60,565 nucleotides of DNA from NCBI GenBank assembly GCA_038087875.1, contig JAXLNO010000561.1, positions 62,001-122,565 of the forward strand, in the 5' to 3' direction. This DNA is from Malacoraja senta (taxonomy: Eukaryota). The notes beneath the pieces were generated by a model. That model had not been told where the DNA came from. It did no database searches and saw nothing but the letters and a program-made list of their open reading frames with translations. Position 1 is the stretch's first letter, and every line of letters starts with the position of its first letter. This document shows positions 24,501 through 35,976 of the stretch, piece by piece. Position numbers and translations under genes: made by a program.

Positions 24501-27500
24501 CATGTTCATACAGAGTTGCAGCAATGACGAATCTATGGTCGATTTTGCCTTGTTCAATACGGACTTTAAAAAAATCTGTACTTAACAACACAAAATCGCA
24601 CCTTATCGCATTTCCGTATAAAATCCGGGAAATCCGTACTATTTGGCAGCTCTGCAAGGACTGATGCAGGCCTCTGAATATAAAATGTTCCAACAAAGTA
24701 AAACAGGCAAACCAATTAAGGTACCCTAAGTGGTGACGCCAATGCCATCACAACCGTTTGAATGCATACAGATTGATCGAAAGCCGCTAAACCCCAACGC
24801 CAGCCAGGAAACGCCAACGCCAGCTGCCGCACCCCGAACGCCAGCCGCCGCTAAACCTCAACGCCAGTCGCCGCACCCCCAAAGAGCGGCCGCTAAACCC
24901 CAATTCCAGCCGCTAGCCCCCAATGCGCCGCTAACACCCAACGCCAGCTGCTAAACGCCAACGCCAGCCGCTGAACCCCAGCGCCAGACGCTGAACCCCA
25001 GTGCCAGCCGCTGAACCCCAACGCCAGCCGCTATCCCCCAATGCCAGCCGCTAAACCCCAACGGCAGCCGCTAAAACCCAACGGCAGCCGCTAAACCCCA
25101 ACGCCAGCTGATCAACCTCGACGCCAGCCGCTAAACCCCGACGCCAGCATCGCAACCCCAACGCCAGCCTCGCAACCCCAACGCCAGGCTCGCAACCCCA
25201 ATGCCAGCGCTGAACGCCAATGCCAGCCGCTGAACCCCAGCGCCAGCCGCTGAACCCCAGCGCCAGCCGCTGAACCCCAGCGCCAGCCGCTGAACCCCAG
25301 CGCCAGCTGCTGAACCTCAACGTCAGCCGCTGAACCCCAACGCCAGTCGCTAAACCCCAACGCCAGTCGCTGAACGCCAACGCCAGCCGCTGAACCCCAG
25401 CGCCAGCTGCTGAACCTCAACGTCAGCCGCTAAACCCCAACGCCAGTCGCTAAACCCCAACGCCAGTCGCTGAACGCCAACGCCAGCCGCTGAACCCCAG
25501 CGCCAGCCGCTGAACCTCAAAGCCAGCCGCTAAACCGCAACGGCAGCTGCTAAATCCCAACGCCAGCTGCTAAACCCCAATGCCAGCCGCTGAACCGCAA
25601 CTCCAGCCGCTAAATCCCAACGCCAGCCCCAAAACCCCAACGCCAGCCGCTAAACCCCAACGCCAGCCGCTAAACCCCAAAGACAGCCGCTAAATCCCAA
25701 CGCCAGCCGCTGATCCCCAATGCCAGCCGCTGCACCACAACGCCAGGCAGCCTCGAAAACCAAACGGCAGCCGCTCAACCCCAACGGCAGCCACTCAACC
25801 CCAACGTCAGCCGTTCAACCACCGCCAGCCGCTCAACCTCAACACCAGCCGCTCAACTCCAACGCTTCTGCTAGTTTGTGCTAGTAGAGAATACCAATTT
25901 CTCAGGAAGCTCATCCTCTCCCACGGCTAGTGTTTACAGAAGCCAGAAACGTTTCAGCAAGTACATCCCCTCTTACCATTGTCAATATATTTTGCTTGGG
26001 CACAACAGGAAGCAGCTTGGATGCAGTGTGGATGCTGGCCTCCAATTTCCTGATTACCCAGCCTTTCAACAGAACCCAAATTCCAAAGCTTTCATTTACT
26101 CAGAACCCAAAACCCAAAGAAGTAAAATTAATATTTACTTAATAAAATACATAAAATATTCCAATATTAACTAGGATATTATCACAACTACAGCCGCTCA
26201 ACCCTAACGCCAGCAGCTAAATCACAAAGCCAGCCGCTCAACCCCGCCAGCCGCTCAACCCCAACGCCAGACGCTCAACCCCAATGCCAGCCGCTCAACC
26301 CCAGCGCCAGCAGCTCAACCCCAACACCAGCCGCTGAACGCGAACGCCAGCCGCTGAACCCCAACGGCAGCCCCGGAACGCCAACGCCAGCCGCAAAACC
26401 GCGCCAGCCGCGAAACCCCAACGCCAGGCACCCTCAAAACCCCAACAGCAGCCGACAAATCACAACGGCCACCGCTCAACCCCAAAGGCAGCCGCTCAAC
26501 CCCAACGGCAGCCGCTAAACCCCAACGGCAGCCGCAAAACCCCAACGTTAGCCTCGAAACCCCAACGGCCGCCGCGAAACCCCAACGGCCGCCGCGAAAC
26601 CCCAACGGCAGCCGCTCAACCCCAACGGCAGCCTCGAAACCCCATCGCCAGCCGCTAAACCCTCGCCAGCCGCAAACCCCAACGCCTGCCGCTAAACACC
26701 AACGCCAGCCATTAAACACCAACGCCAGCCGCTAAACCCCAACGCCAGCCGCTATACCCCCAAAGCAGTTGCTAAACCCCAACGCCAGCCGCTGCACCCC
26801 AACGCTATCTGCTGCACCCCAACGCAAGCCGCTGCACCCCAACGCCAGCCCCGAAAACCCAACGGCAGCCGCTCAGCCCCAACGCCAGCCGCTGCACCCC
26901 AACGCCAGCCTCGAAAACCCAACGCCAGCCGCTGCACCCCAACGCCAGCCTCAAAACCCCGCCAGCCTCTAAACCCCAACGCCAGCCTCGAAACCCCAAC
27001 GCCAACATCGAAACCCCAACGCCAGCCTCGAAACCATAACGCCAGCCGCTCAACCCTAACGCCAGGCGCTCAACACCAACGCCAGCCACTCAACACCAAC
27101 GCCAGCCGCTGAACACCAGCGCCAGCTTCTGAACCCCAGCGCCAGCCCCTGAAACCCAACGCCAGTCCCGAAACCCCAACGGCAGCCCCGAAACCCCAAC
27201 GGCAGCCCCGAAATCCCAACGACAGCCGCTAAACGGCAACGCCAGCCGCGAAACCCCAACTGTTAAGGTTCATTTTCTTAAAACAGACAACTTACAATAA
27301 GTTAGGTAAAACCAATGCAAAGTTTAATGATCATTTAGCTAGAGAGTGCTAGGAGATATAAAGTCAAGCATACAGCAGATACTTAAATCCTCCCAGGCCA
27401 TTACTCTAATGAATGAACACATACAGCATATTTTTATACTGTTTTGGAAATAGTCACATGTTCATACAGAGTTGCAGCAATGACGTCGAACATATCAATC

Positions 27501-28850
27501 AAAGCTCTACCCATTCAAAGCATGCTTGTCACTGATACAATACTTCTCATGCTATGGTTATATCGATCACAAACTTTAGTTACGAAACCCCCAAATAACA
27601 GGAAGTTAGTCAAAGGTCTATCATCTGCAGTAACTTCTTAAACAATGTAAGGATCCTTGTCAGTTGCCCACAGAAGTTTCTGCTAGTAGAGAATACCAAT
27701 TTCTCAGGAAGCTCATCCTCTCCCACGGCTAGTGTTTACAGAAGCCAGAAACGTTTCTGCAAGTACATCCCCTCTTACCATTGTCATTATATTTTGCTTG
27801 GGCACAACAGGAAGCAGCTTGGATGCAGTGTGGATGCTGGCCTCCAATTTCCTGATTACCCAGCCTTTCAACAGAACCCAAATTCCAAAGCTTTCATTTA
27901 CTCAGAACCCAAAACCCAAAGAAGTAAAATTAATCTTTACTTAATAAAATACATAAAATATTCCAATATTATCTAGGATATTATCACAACTACAGCCGCT
28001 CAACCCCAACGCCAGCAGCTAAATCCCAAAGCCAGCCGCTCAACCCCGCCAGCCGCTCAACCCCAACGCCAGACGCTCAACCCCAACGCCAGACGCTCAA
28101 CCCCAACGCCAGCCGCTCAACCCCAATGCCAGCCGCTCAACTCCAGCGCCAGCCGCTCAACCCCAACACCAGCCGCTGAACCCCAACGCCAGCCGCTGAA
28201 CCCCAACGCCAGCATCGGAACCCCAATGCCAGCCGCTGAACGCCAACCCCGGAACCCCAGTCCCGGAGCCCCAACGCCAGCCGCTGAACCTCAACGCCAG
28301 CCGCTGAACCCCAACGGCAGCCCCCGAACGCCAACGCCAGCCGCAAAACCCCGCCAGCCGCGAAACCCCAACGCCAGGCACCCTCAAAACCCCAACAGCA
28401 GCCGACAAATCACAACGGCCACCGCTCAACCCCAACGCCAGCCGCTCAACCCCAACGCCAGCCGCTCTACCCCAACGCCAGCCGCTAAACCCTAACGCCA
28501 TCCGCTAAACCCCAACTCCAGCCTCTAAACGCCAACGCCAGCCGCTCAACGCCAAACGGCAGCCGCTCAACCCCAACGGCAGCCTCGAAACCCCAACACC
28601 AGCCGCGAAACGCCAACGCCAGCCGCTGAACCCCATCGACAACAGCTGAAACCCACCGCCAGCCGCTGAACCCAATGCCAGCCGCTGAAACCCAACGCCA
28701 GCCGCTGAACCCCACCGCCAGCCAATGAACCCCAACGCCAGCCGCTGAACCCCAACGACAGCCGCTGAACCCCACCGCCAGCCAATGAACCCCAACGCCA
28801 GCCGCTGAACCCCAACGACAGCCGCTGAACCTCAACGCCAGCCTCGAAAC
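21518..28850 (+). repeat. 20-bp satellite (consensus GCCAGCCGCTAAACCCCAAC) in four blocks: ~21518-24306, 24779-25866, 26190-27260, 27991-28850
   Basis: Hundreds of diverged 20-mers with strong C/A strand skew. All ORFs here are repeat translations. Confidence 0.97.
27261..27990. repeat. Unique AT-rich spacer in the satellite, partially duplicated at 24307-24529 and ~25867-26189
   Basis: tgttaaggttcattttcttaaaacagac occurs at 24307 and 27261. ctagtagagaataccaatttctcaggaagc occurs at ~25881 and ~27683. Confidence 0.9.
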
Positions 28851-30149
28851 CCCGCCTGCGGACCTGACATCGCGGAGCTGGCCGGCTTCGAAACGGGAAG
28901 AGCTGTGGTGGCGCGCTGCTGCAACCCGACTTCGAAGTTTCGGAGGCTCCGGCCGCAGGCCCGGTGGACAGGAACATCGGGAGATCCAGGTGGGAGACCG
29001 CTTTTCGGAGCTCCCGCAACGGCAACTTCTCCCTCTGGAATCGCGGGGTTTAAACGACACGGAACCGGGCCTAACATCGCCCGGCGTGGCTAAATGGCCA
29101 CAGGACTTACCATCGCCCGCCAGGGGCTTTAACATCGGGAGCCCCAGTTCGCTTCAACGCTGCAGTTGGACACCTGGACCACGGGTGAAGAATAAAGGGA
29201 AGAAATAAGACTTTGCCTTCCATCACAATGAGGAGGTGTTGGAGACTCACTGTGATGGATGTTTATGTAAACTGTGTTAAGTGTGGGTCTTGTTTTTTTT
29301 TGTAATGTAAAAAACTGTAGTAATGATATTTCGTTCAAGCCGAGGTTTGAATGACAATAAATAGCATTCCATCTATTCTATCTATCTATTATCAAGTTTC
29401 ATCATACCATGTATGAACATAATCAAGCCACACATAATACAACATGTAGTGCAAAGAGGAACAGACTAGAATTCAGATGCCGTGTTGTAGCTAAAGTGCG
29501 TATTAAACAAGTCAATGAATTCGGAGATCGGATTTACAGTTACAGTTTATGAGGTCCGTCATTGGTCTGATAATATCGGGAAAAGATATATTCCTGGGTG
29601 TTGTGGTACGTGATTTCAAGCCTTTGTGCTCTCTCACCGACGGTAGAGGGCAAGGAAGGAGTGGCCAGGGCGCGAGTGATTCTTGATCATGTTGGCTGCT
29701 GTTCAGAGGCAGTCTGAAGGGTAGATTGAGCAGATGGCGGTTGGTAGGGAGGAGGCAGACGTGACGTATGTGATGGACTGGACTATATCTTCAACTCCCT
29801 GCAATTTCTTACAGTCTTCAACAAATGTGGTGGCAACCCAAACTGTGATGCTTCCCGATAGGTTGCTTCCTACGGCGCATCTGTCGGAATTGGTAAGACT
29901 CGTTGAATACATGCCGATTGTCCTTGGTTTTCTGAGGAGCTCGTGGCGTTTTCGGGTTTTCTTGGAAGTGGCGTCAGTGATTCAACCAAGACAAATTATT
30001 ACTGTTATTTTCGCCGGAAGACTTAATGCTCTCTCTCGTATCTTATGCTCTTTGAGGGGATTTTTACTTGAACTGATGTAGCTGGTTAGATAGCAAGCGA
30101 GATAGTTAGATAGCAAGCTTTCTCCACTGCGAAATCTCGTCAAGGTATG

Positions 30150-30390
30150 CCTACTTTGAAGAAGTTCTCCTCCTCTCTCCGGATACTGTTCCACAACCAA
30201 CTCTCTAACTGCCCCATCTCTGTGACCCCCCCTGCCCTCCAACTCTACGACCACATCCTTAAAAAGCCTTTTCTTCTCCCCACCCCCTATCAGTCTGAAG
30301 AAGGGTTTCGGCCCGAAACGTTACCTATTTCCTTCGCTCCATAGATGCTGCTGCACCCGCTGAGTTTCTCCAGCATTTTTGTGTACCTTA
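30150..30390 (+). mobile_element. Penelope 3' fragment with an intact hammerhead-like core (30295-30322)
   Basis: ctgaagaagggtttcggcccgaaacgtt followed by the same 3' end as the GIY-YIG-bearing copies. Confidence 0.75.
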
Positions 30391-31110
30391 GTTAGATAGC
30401 AATCTGGCTCTCCAGATATATAGTTAGCTATATATCTAGCTATATAGTTATCTAGCGAGCTATCTAACTATCTAACTACTACCGCTGGCTAGATATCTAG
30501 CTCTCTAACTAATCTAACAATCTAACTAACTATAGCCACGAGCTCTCTAGGTACCTAGTCAGCTATCCAGCCTTCTACCCATCGAGCCATCTAGCCATCT
30601 AAGCATCGAGATAGATAGATAGATAGAAAGGTAGATAGCTAGCTATTTAGGTAGTTATCCTAGACAGCTTGATAGTCAGTGAGCTCGATAGCTATACAGT
30701 GCTGTACACCTATCTAGTACTCCAGCCATCTAGCTATCAATATAGGGTTCTAGCCGTCTGGCCGTCCATCCGGCTTGCCGTCCATCCATCCAGCAAGCAG
30801 GTTACTTAGCTATCTAGCTACCTAGCTAGCCAGCAATCTAGCTATCTAGCTATGTAGCTACCTAGCTGCCCAGTTGTCTTGCTAGTTGGCTAGTTATCTA
30901 GCTATCTAACTTTCTAGCTATCTAACTTTCTAGCTATCTATCTGTCTAGCTATCTACACAGATATGTAACTATCTAGCTATTTATCCAGCTATTTCGCTA
31001 TTTCACTATCTATCTGTCTAGCTATCTACTAGATATGTAGCTATCTAGCTGGCTATCCAGCTATTTGCTACCTGTCTATCTAGCTACGTTGCTACCTAGC
31101 TATATTACTA
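30390..31110. repeat. TAGC/TATC/TAGA low-complexity tract
   Basis: Degenerate tetramer mix (agctatct, ctagat, gatagata). Confidence 0.9.
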
Positions 31111-32288
31111 TATAGATATTTTGGTGATGAACCTGGATGGTATAACGGTGTTAACGGCAGAGCTGTAGTCAAGGAGCTGTGTACCTGTCGGGGTCTGATG
31201 TATGTGTCTCTCTTATCCAGGTGTTCCAGGGATGAGGGTGATGGCATCTCCCGCGAACCTGTCCTGGCGGTAGGCGAACTGCAGTGCGTCCAGGCCACGT
31301 GGTAGACATGATTTAATAGCCTCCTGAAACTATTCATGATGCTAGATGTCAAGGGCACAGTGCGGTTGTCCTTTGGGCCCGATATCTGGAAATTGCACAC
31401 CAGATAATTATTGGATCAGAGCTTCAACGTTTGAGGAGCCAAGATCAGAACTTCGAGCAGCTCAAATGATTCTAAGGACCTTTATTGTCACATGTATCAA
31501 TTAAGGTGCAGTGATATGCGATTTATCACATAGCTATACGCAACAAAAGCAACAATACACGTATTACATAAACCTTAATATAAACATCCACCACAGCGGA
31601 TTCACCACATTCCTCACTGTGAAAGAAGGTAAACAAGTCCAATCTTGGTTGGCCCGTGGTTGGAGCTTCGATCCCCGGCAAAGCATCGCAAGTTCCGCGA
31701 TGTTATAGTCCCGCAGACTCCAGTGGCTTGGAGCGCCGGATCGGTCTCCAGGAAAGGCCGCCAACTCCACGGTGTCAGGGCACAGTGCGGACGGAGATAC
31801 GAATAATCGCATCTCCGTCGAACTAAGAGATTGAATACAAGTTCACCCCCCCCCCACACACACACAACCCCACACAAAACAAAACAAGGAAGACTAAAAC
31901 ATACTTTTTAACATTAAAAATAACAAAAAAGAAGAAAGGACAGACAGCCTGTTGGCGAGGCAGCCACTACTGGTGCCTAGGTCAGTTCGCGGATAATATT
32001 GAAAGTAACCCCACCACTCGATGTCCTCGAGTTTGAACTAATACTGTCTATATATGGTATATATGATGTGTTTGGATAGCATGCAACATATCGTTTTCAC
32101 TTGTACTCGTGTAACAATAACAAACTTAAACCTGAAGCTCAAACCTAAAAAGCCTCTCATCTTAAAAGTCTACAACATCGCGATCCCAGGGGGATATTTC
32201 ATGGCTTATTGTTCCATTGTTCCAGTTATACACATGCACATTTAAATAACATTTTTACACACATTCTTTGTTTTGTGTTTTTTTACAG

Positions 32289-33860
32289 AACTCGAATTGT
32301 CCAACTGCGCTTGTCCAGTTGGACGGAGAACTGAATTATACAATGTGAATTGAACTAAGGTTATTGATTCTCATAAATACACGGATAATTCAGGGTTTGA
32401 CGGGAATAACCAACAATATTCAGCACGATATACTAGATAATACACTATACTCTGCATTGTGTATCTTCCTCCACGCTCCAACTACAGGACTTTAATTGAT
32501 GTATCGATGTATGGCATATCTGGACTGAATAGATAGCGTGCAAAGCCACGCTTTCCACTGCATCTAGGAACATGTGACAATAATAGACCAGCCTCACGTT
32601 ACCTGATCTAATGATCTGATATAAGTAACAACCATGAACATAGCGGGATGTTCGTACTACGATGGCTCTAAGAATGTCCATGTAACGGAAACTGTATTGA
32701 TTAAACAAGTGAAGGTGTTGAATGGCGGTTAACTACAAATGAACTGTTGGACAAATGTGAAGACAAGGTGACGAGTGGGCGCGGCTGGAAGAACACAGTA
32801 AAACACCCGATACCGTATCGTGGACCGTATTAATTGCCGGGCATTTGCAATACAACATAAAACATAATATACTCAGCAGACTCAGAAATTCAAATGTAAT
32901 GTCAGAAGTAAATTATCTGACCTAAGTTTGTCCCTTATACCCAGCACCATCTTTGTGTCAAGTCTTCACTTCAGGTTCCTTGCAAATCTTGCCCCTCTCA
33001 CCTTAACCCTATGATATCTGATTTGTGATTCTACATCCTGGATAAAAGGCTGCATTCATCCTAATTATTCGTCTCATGATTTTACACACCTTTATATCAT
33101 CACCCCTCAGCTTCCTTCGCCCCAGTGAATAAAGTCCTCACCACTCCCTACAGCTGGGGCACACAAGGACATGGCAGTACTGCCCAGCTATTACTACTGA
33201 CGGTGATACCACATGTGGAGAAACATGCAGAGACTGGACCTAGAGTCATAGTCACACGGCAGAGAAACAGACCCAGCAACTCTCTGTGTCCATGCTACCC
33301 AATTACTGAATCACGTTTACTAGCAATTGGTCCACAGAATATTATGCCCTGTCTCTCTCTTTTAATGAAGGTGATACTTACCTTTGAAGCGGTGTAGAGT
33401 CCAAGTCGAGATTTATCCAGAGCATAAAGTAGCTGTGAGACGATCACCAATTAATCAGATCCTCTACTGTGTACAGTTGCTAAGACCAACAAGTGAATTT
33501 ATTGACATTGATTTGTGGGACTGCGACGTCCTGACAGGATAGATCTTCAATGCAATAAACAACGGGTATAAGGATGATTACGTTGGGATCAGAAGATCAG
33601 ATTATGAATTCACCTTGGTGTGACTTAGATGAGATGTAATTTACTCTCTCAGATATATCTGCATGGAGAGTACCCTCTTCTCCAGAAAACGACGATGTCC
33701 ATTTGTTAAATACATACAAGCGAAGTTCCTTGTGGACAAGAGGGAACTGAAGACTAATGTGACCAGCTATGGAAATGAATTTGATTCCAGGATCAGTTTG
33801 ATAATTAATTGTCTGAACAGGCCTGAGCTTGGCATTGTGCGTGTGGCCGTGTGTACATGT
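32289..33860 (+). pseudogene. Tentative decayed V2R/OlfC (CaSR-like class C GPCR) ectodomain pseudogene, ancient unit A
   Basis: Polypyrimidine+CAG acceptor at 32288, then colinear degraded motifs across frameshifts: LSNCAC (cf FSTCAC), NEGDTY (cf SEGDLY), VAVRR (cf FAVRR), GSED (cf CTGSEDL), EN..PFV (cf ENGKGPFV), LKTNVT..GNEFD and IINC (cf IINW). Many stops, deletions and TE insertions. Read by eye only. Confidence 0.45.
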
Positions 33861-33879
33861 GTCCATGGCCTAGGATTGT

Positions 33880-34550
33880 GCTCCGCCCTCTGCCACTGCT
33901 TTTTCGGCTCTGTGGCCCACGGACCTGAGTCAGTGACGATATGTGACAATATATCCTCCATAATAACTCTCAACACCGACGCCCTGCAAGGGTGATTTCT
34001 CGGTCCCCTGCGATTCTCTCTTTACACTCTCCATTGTTCTCTGACGACAACCCTGTGATGGGCCGGATCAGGGACAATGATGAGGTGGAGTTCAGGAAAG
34101 AGTTAGTGAACCTACTCACATTGTATCAGAACAATAGCCTCTCCATCAACATCATCAAGACGAAGGGGCTAGTTATTAATTCCTGGAAGCAAGGTGGAGT
34201 ACATGCGTAAATCAGGATTAGTGGCGCGGAAGTGGAAATAGTTGAGGCTCAAGTTGTTTGGAGTTAATATTAACACCGATGTGTCCGGGATGAACCACAC
34301 AGTTCAGACAACCAAGATGGACCACTCGACTTCCGCAGGAGACTTACAAAACCTCTACAAACATCTCCAGATGTGCCATTGAAAGCATAAGGTCAGGATG
34401 TATCACAGCCTGGTTTGGAAATAGATCTAGCCAAGACGGCAAGATATTGCAGAGATATTTTCTATTGTGTCCATGTAGGGTGTGACTGGTCTGAGTGGAT
34501 AGCATGCAAAACCAGGCTTTTCACTGTGACTACGTACATGCGACAATAAT
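33880..34550 (+). mobile_element. Old Rex1-type remnant (paralog 37910-38985; repeated in U2 and U3)
   Basis: ITLNTxALQG, LYT, FSDD..VMGRI and KTKGLVI decayed RT motifs, plus a cactgt...acatgcgacaataa tail. Confidence 0.7.
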
Positions 34551-34869
34551 ACATCTAGCCGAACACAGACAAATCTAATGATTGGAGATAAGTAACAACT
34601 GTGATCAGAGCGTGAATATAAGTACAATGATAGGGCAAAGATTACCCACGTGACACAGCCGGTGTTTATATACAAGAGAAGTTGATGCATCCTTGTTAAC
34701 CGCAAATGAACAGTTCGACACATGCGTGAGAAGATGAGGTGTGGGAGTAGGAGACAGAATCGAGTAAAATGCTAATACTGTATTGCGGACCGCAGTTATT
34801 GCCGGGCATCGGAAATAAAATAGGACAAAAGGATAAACCCAGGAGATTCAGAAGATGCAGGAAACATGA

Positions 34870-35213
34870 ACGCAGGAAACATGTTCCCGATGTTGGGGGG
34901 GTCCAGAACCAGGGGCCGCAGTTTAAGAATAAGGAGTAAGCCATATAGAACGGAGACGAGGAAACACTTTTTCTCACAGACAGTGGTGAGTCTGCGGAAT
35001 TATCTGCCTCAGAGGGCGGTGGAGGCCGGTTCTCTGGATGCTTTCAAGAGAGAGCGAGATAGCGCTTAAAAATAGCGGAGTCAGGGGATATGGGGAGAAG
35101 GCAGGAACGGGGTACTGATTGGGGAAGATCAGCCATGATCATATTGAATGGCGGTGCTGGCTCGAAGGGCCGAATGGCCTACTCCTGCACCTATTGTCTA
35201 TTGTCTATTGTCT
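34870..35213 (+). mobile_element. CR1 3' fragment (copies ~43856-44199 and ~52843-53186)
   Basis: AGNMFPMLGGSRTRG and a (ctattgt)3 tail. Confidence 0.9.
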
Positions 35214-35307
35214 AAGACTTCCGCTTGAGAGGACAACGTATCTAATGTCTGAAATGAATGAGCTTATCAAAGCTCCGATCTAGTCTAAACAAATGCACGC
35301 TGTGTTA

Positions 35308-35817
35308 AGGGCCTGTCCCACTTGCATGCGATTGCATGCGTCTGGCGCGACCAAACGTGGTCGCTTGAGGCGTACGGGCCGCGTGGGGCCGGTCCCACTT
35401 CGAAGCGCGGAAGCGTATGGTGTTGTGCGGGGCTGGGCTCCGAAAATCCTGCACTGTCCGAAAATTCCGCGCGCCAATGGCCTGTCGACTCGCAGGCGCA
35501 TTGAGGGCATACGCAGCATCCTGACGGCCTATGCAGCGTCTTGATGTCGACCGCAGCGTCTTGGCGGCGTACGCCTAGCGCGTGGCGTTGCGCGATGACT
35601 TCACCGCCCGACGCCGTGCGACGCCCAAATTCAGTCGGCCCGCCTCCTGCCCAGCTGATTGATAAGTATGACGCGAATTACATCAGGCGCGAACTTAGCG
35701 CATACTTACCGTGTACTTTGCACGTACTTACCGTGAACTTAGCGCTAACAGCGCGAACTTCCCTTCCGTTTTGGTCGCGCCAAACGCGTGCAGTCGCATA
35801 CAAGTGGGACAGGCCCT
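35308..35817. mobile_element. PIF/Harbinger-like MITE, 510 bp, TSD TTA (copy 1)
   Basis: TIRs AGGGCCTGTCCCACTTG / CAAGTGGGACAGGCCCT extend imperfectly to ~50 bp. TTA at 35305-35307 and 35818-35820. CpG-rich with no coding signature. Confidence 0.88.
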
Positions 35818-35976
35818 TTACTGTTTCGCAATTCATATGCCCACAAACATTGGCGTTGTCTAGATGAGAGTGTAAACTGGCTCGTCAGCGCACATCAACA
35901 TTGGTGCAGAATTAGTTGCTGCCCAACATTTATTACTCAACAGAAATAACCAAACCTGGCTACCTATTGCAACTTC

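Noticed and set aside
27778..27851. Possible small minus-strand exon in the satellite spacer (cag|gaaatt...aatg|gtaaga)
   Set aside because: The acceptor lacks a polypyrimidine tract and the peptide is not recognisable or NEIL3-like.
21518..28850. CRISPR-like array or repetitive protein ORFs (GFSGWRW / PQRQPLNPNAS)
   Set aside because: The monomers are contiguous with no unique spacer between repeats and no cas genes, in a vertebrate context. The ORFs are translations of a 20-bp (non-triplet) satellite.
21518..28850. True telomeric repeat
   Set aside because: TAAACCC-like words occur once per monomer, but there is no tandem (TTAGGG)n/(CCCTAA)n.
32791..32830. V(D)J recombination signal (cacagta heptamer-like)
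   Set aside because: No ACAAAAACC-like nonamer at 12 or 23 bp, and no Ig/TCR segment nearby.
33381..33660. Minus-strand exon suggested by a gtaagtatc donor and a cag acceptor (also 37383-37665)
   Set aside because: All three frames contain stops in each paralog, and there is no similarity to NEIL3 5' exons.
35280..35867. Overlapping GC-rich ORFs as a coding gene
   Set aside because: They fall within a TIR-bounded 510-bp MITE. Open frames reflect high GC content, and there are no transposase motifs.
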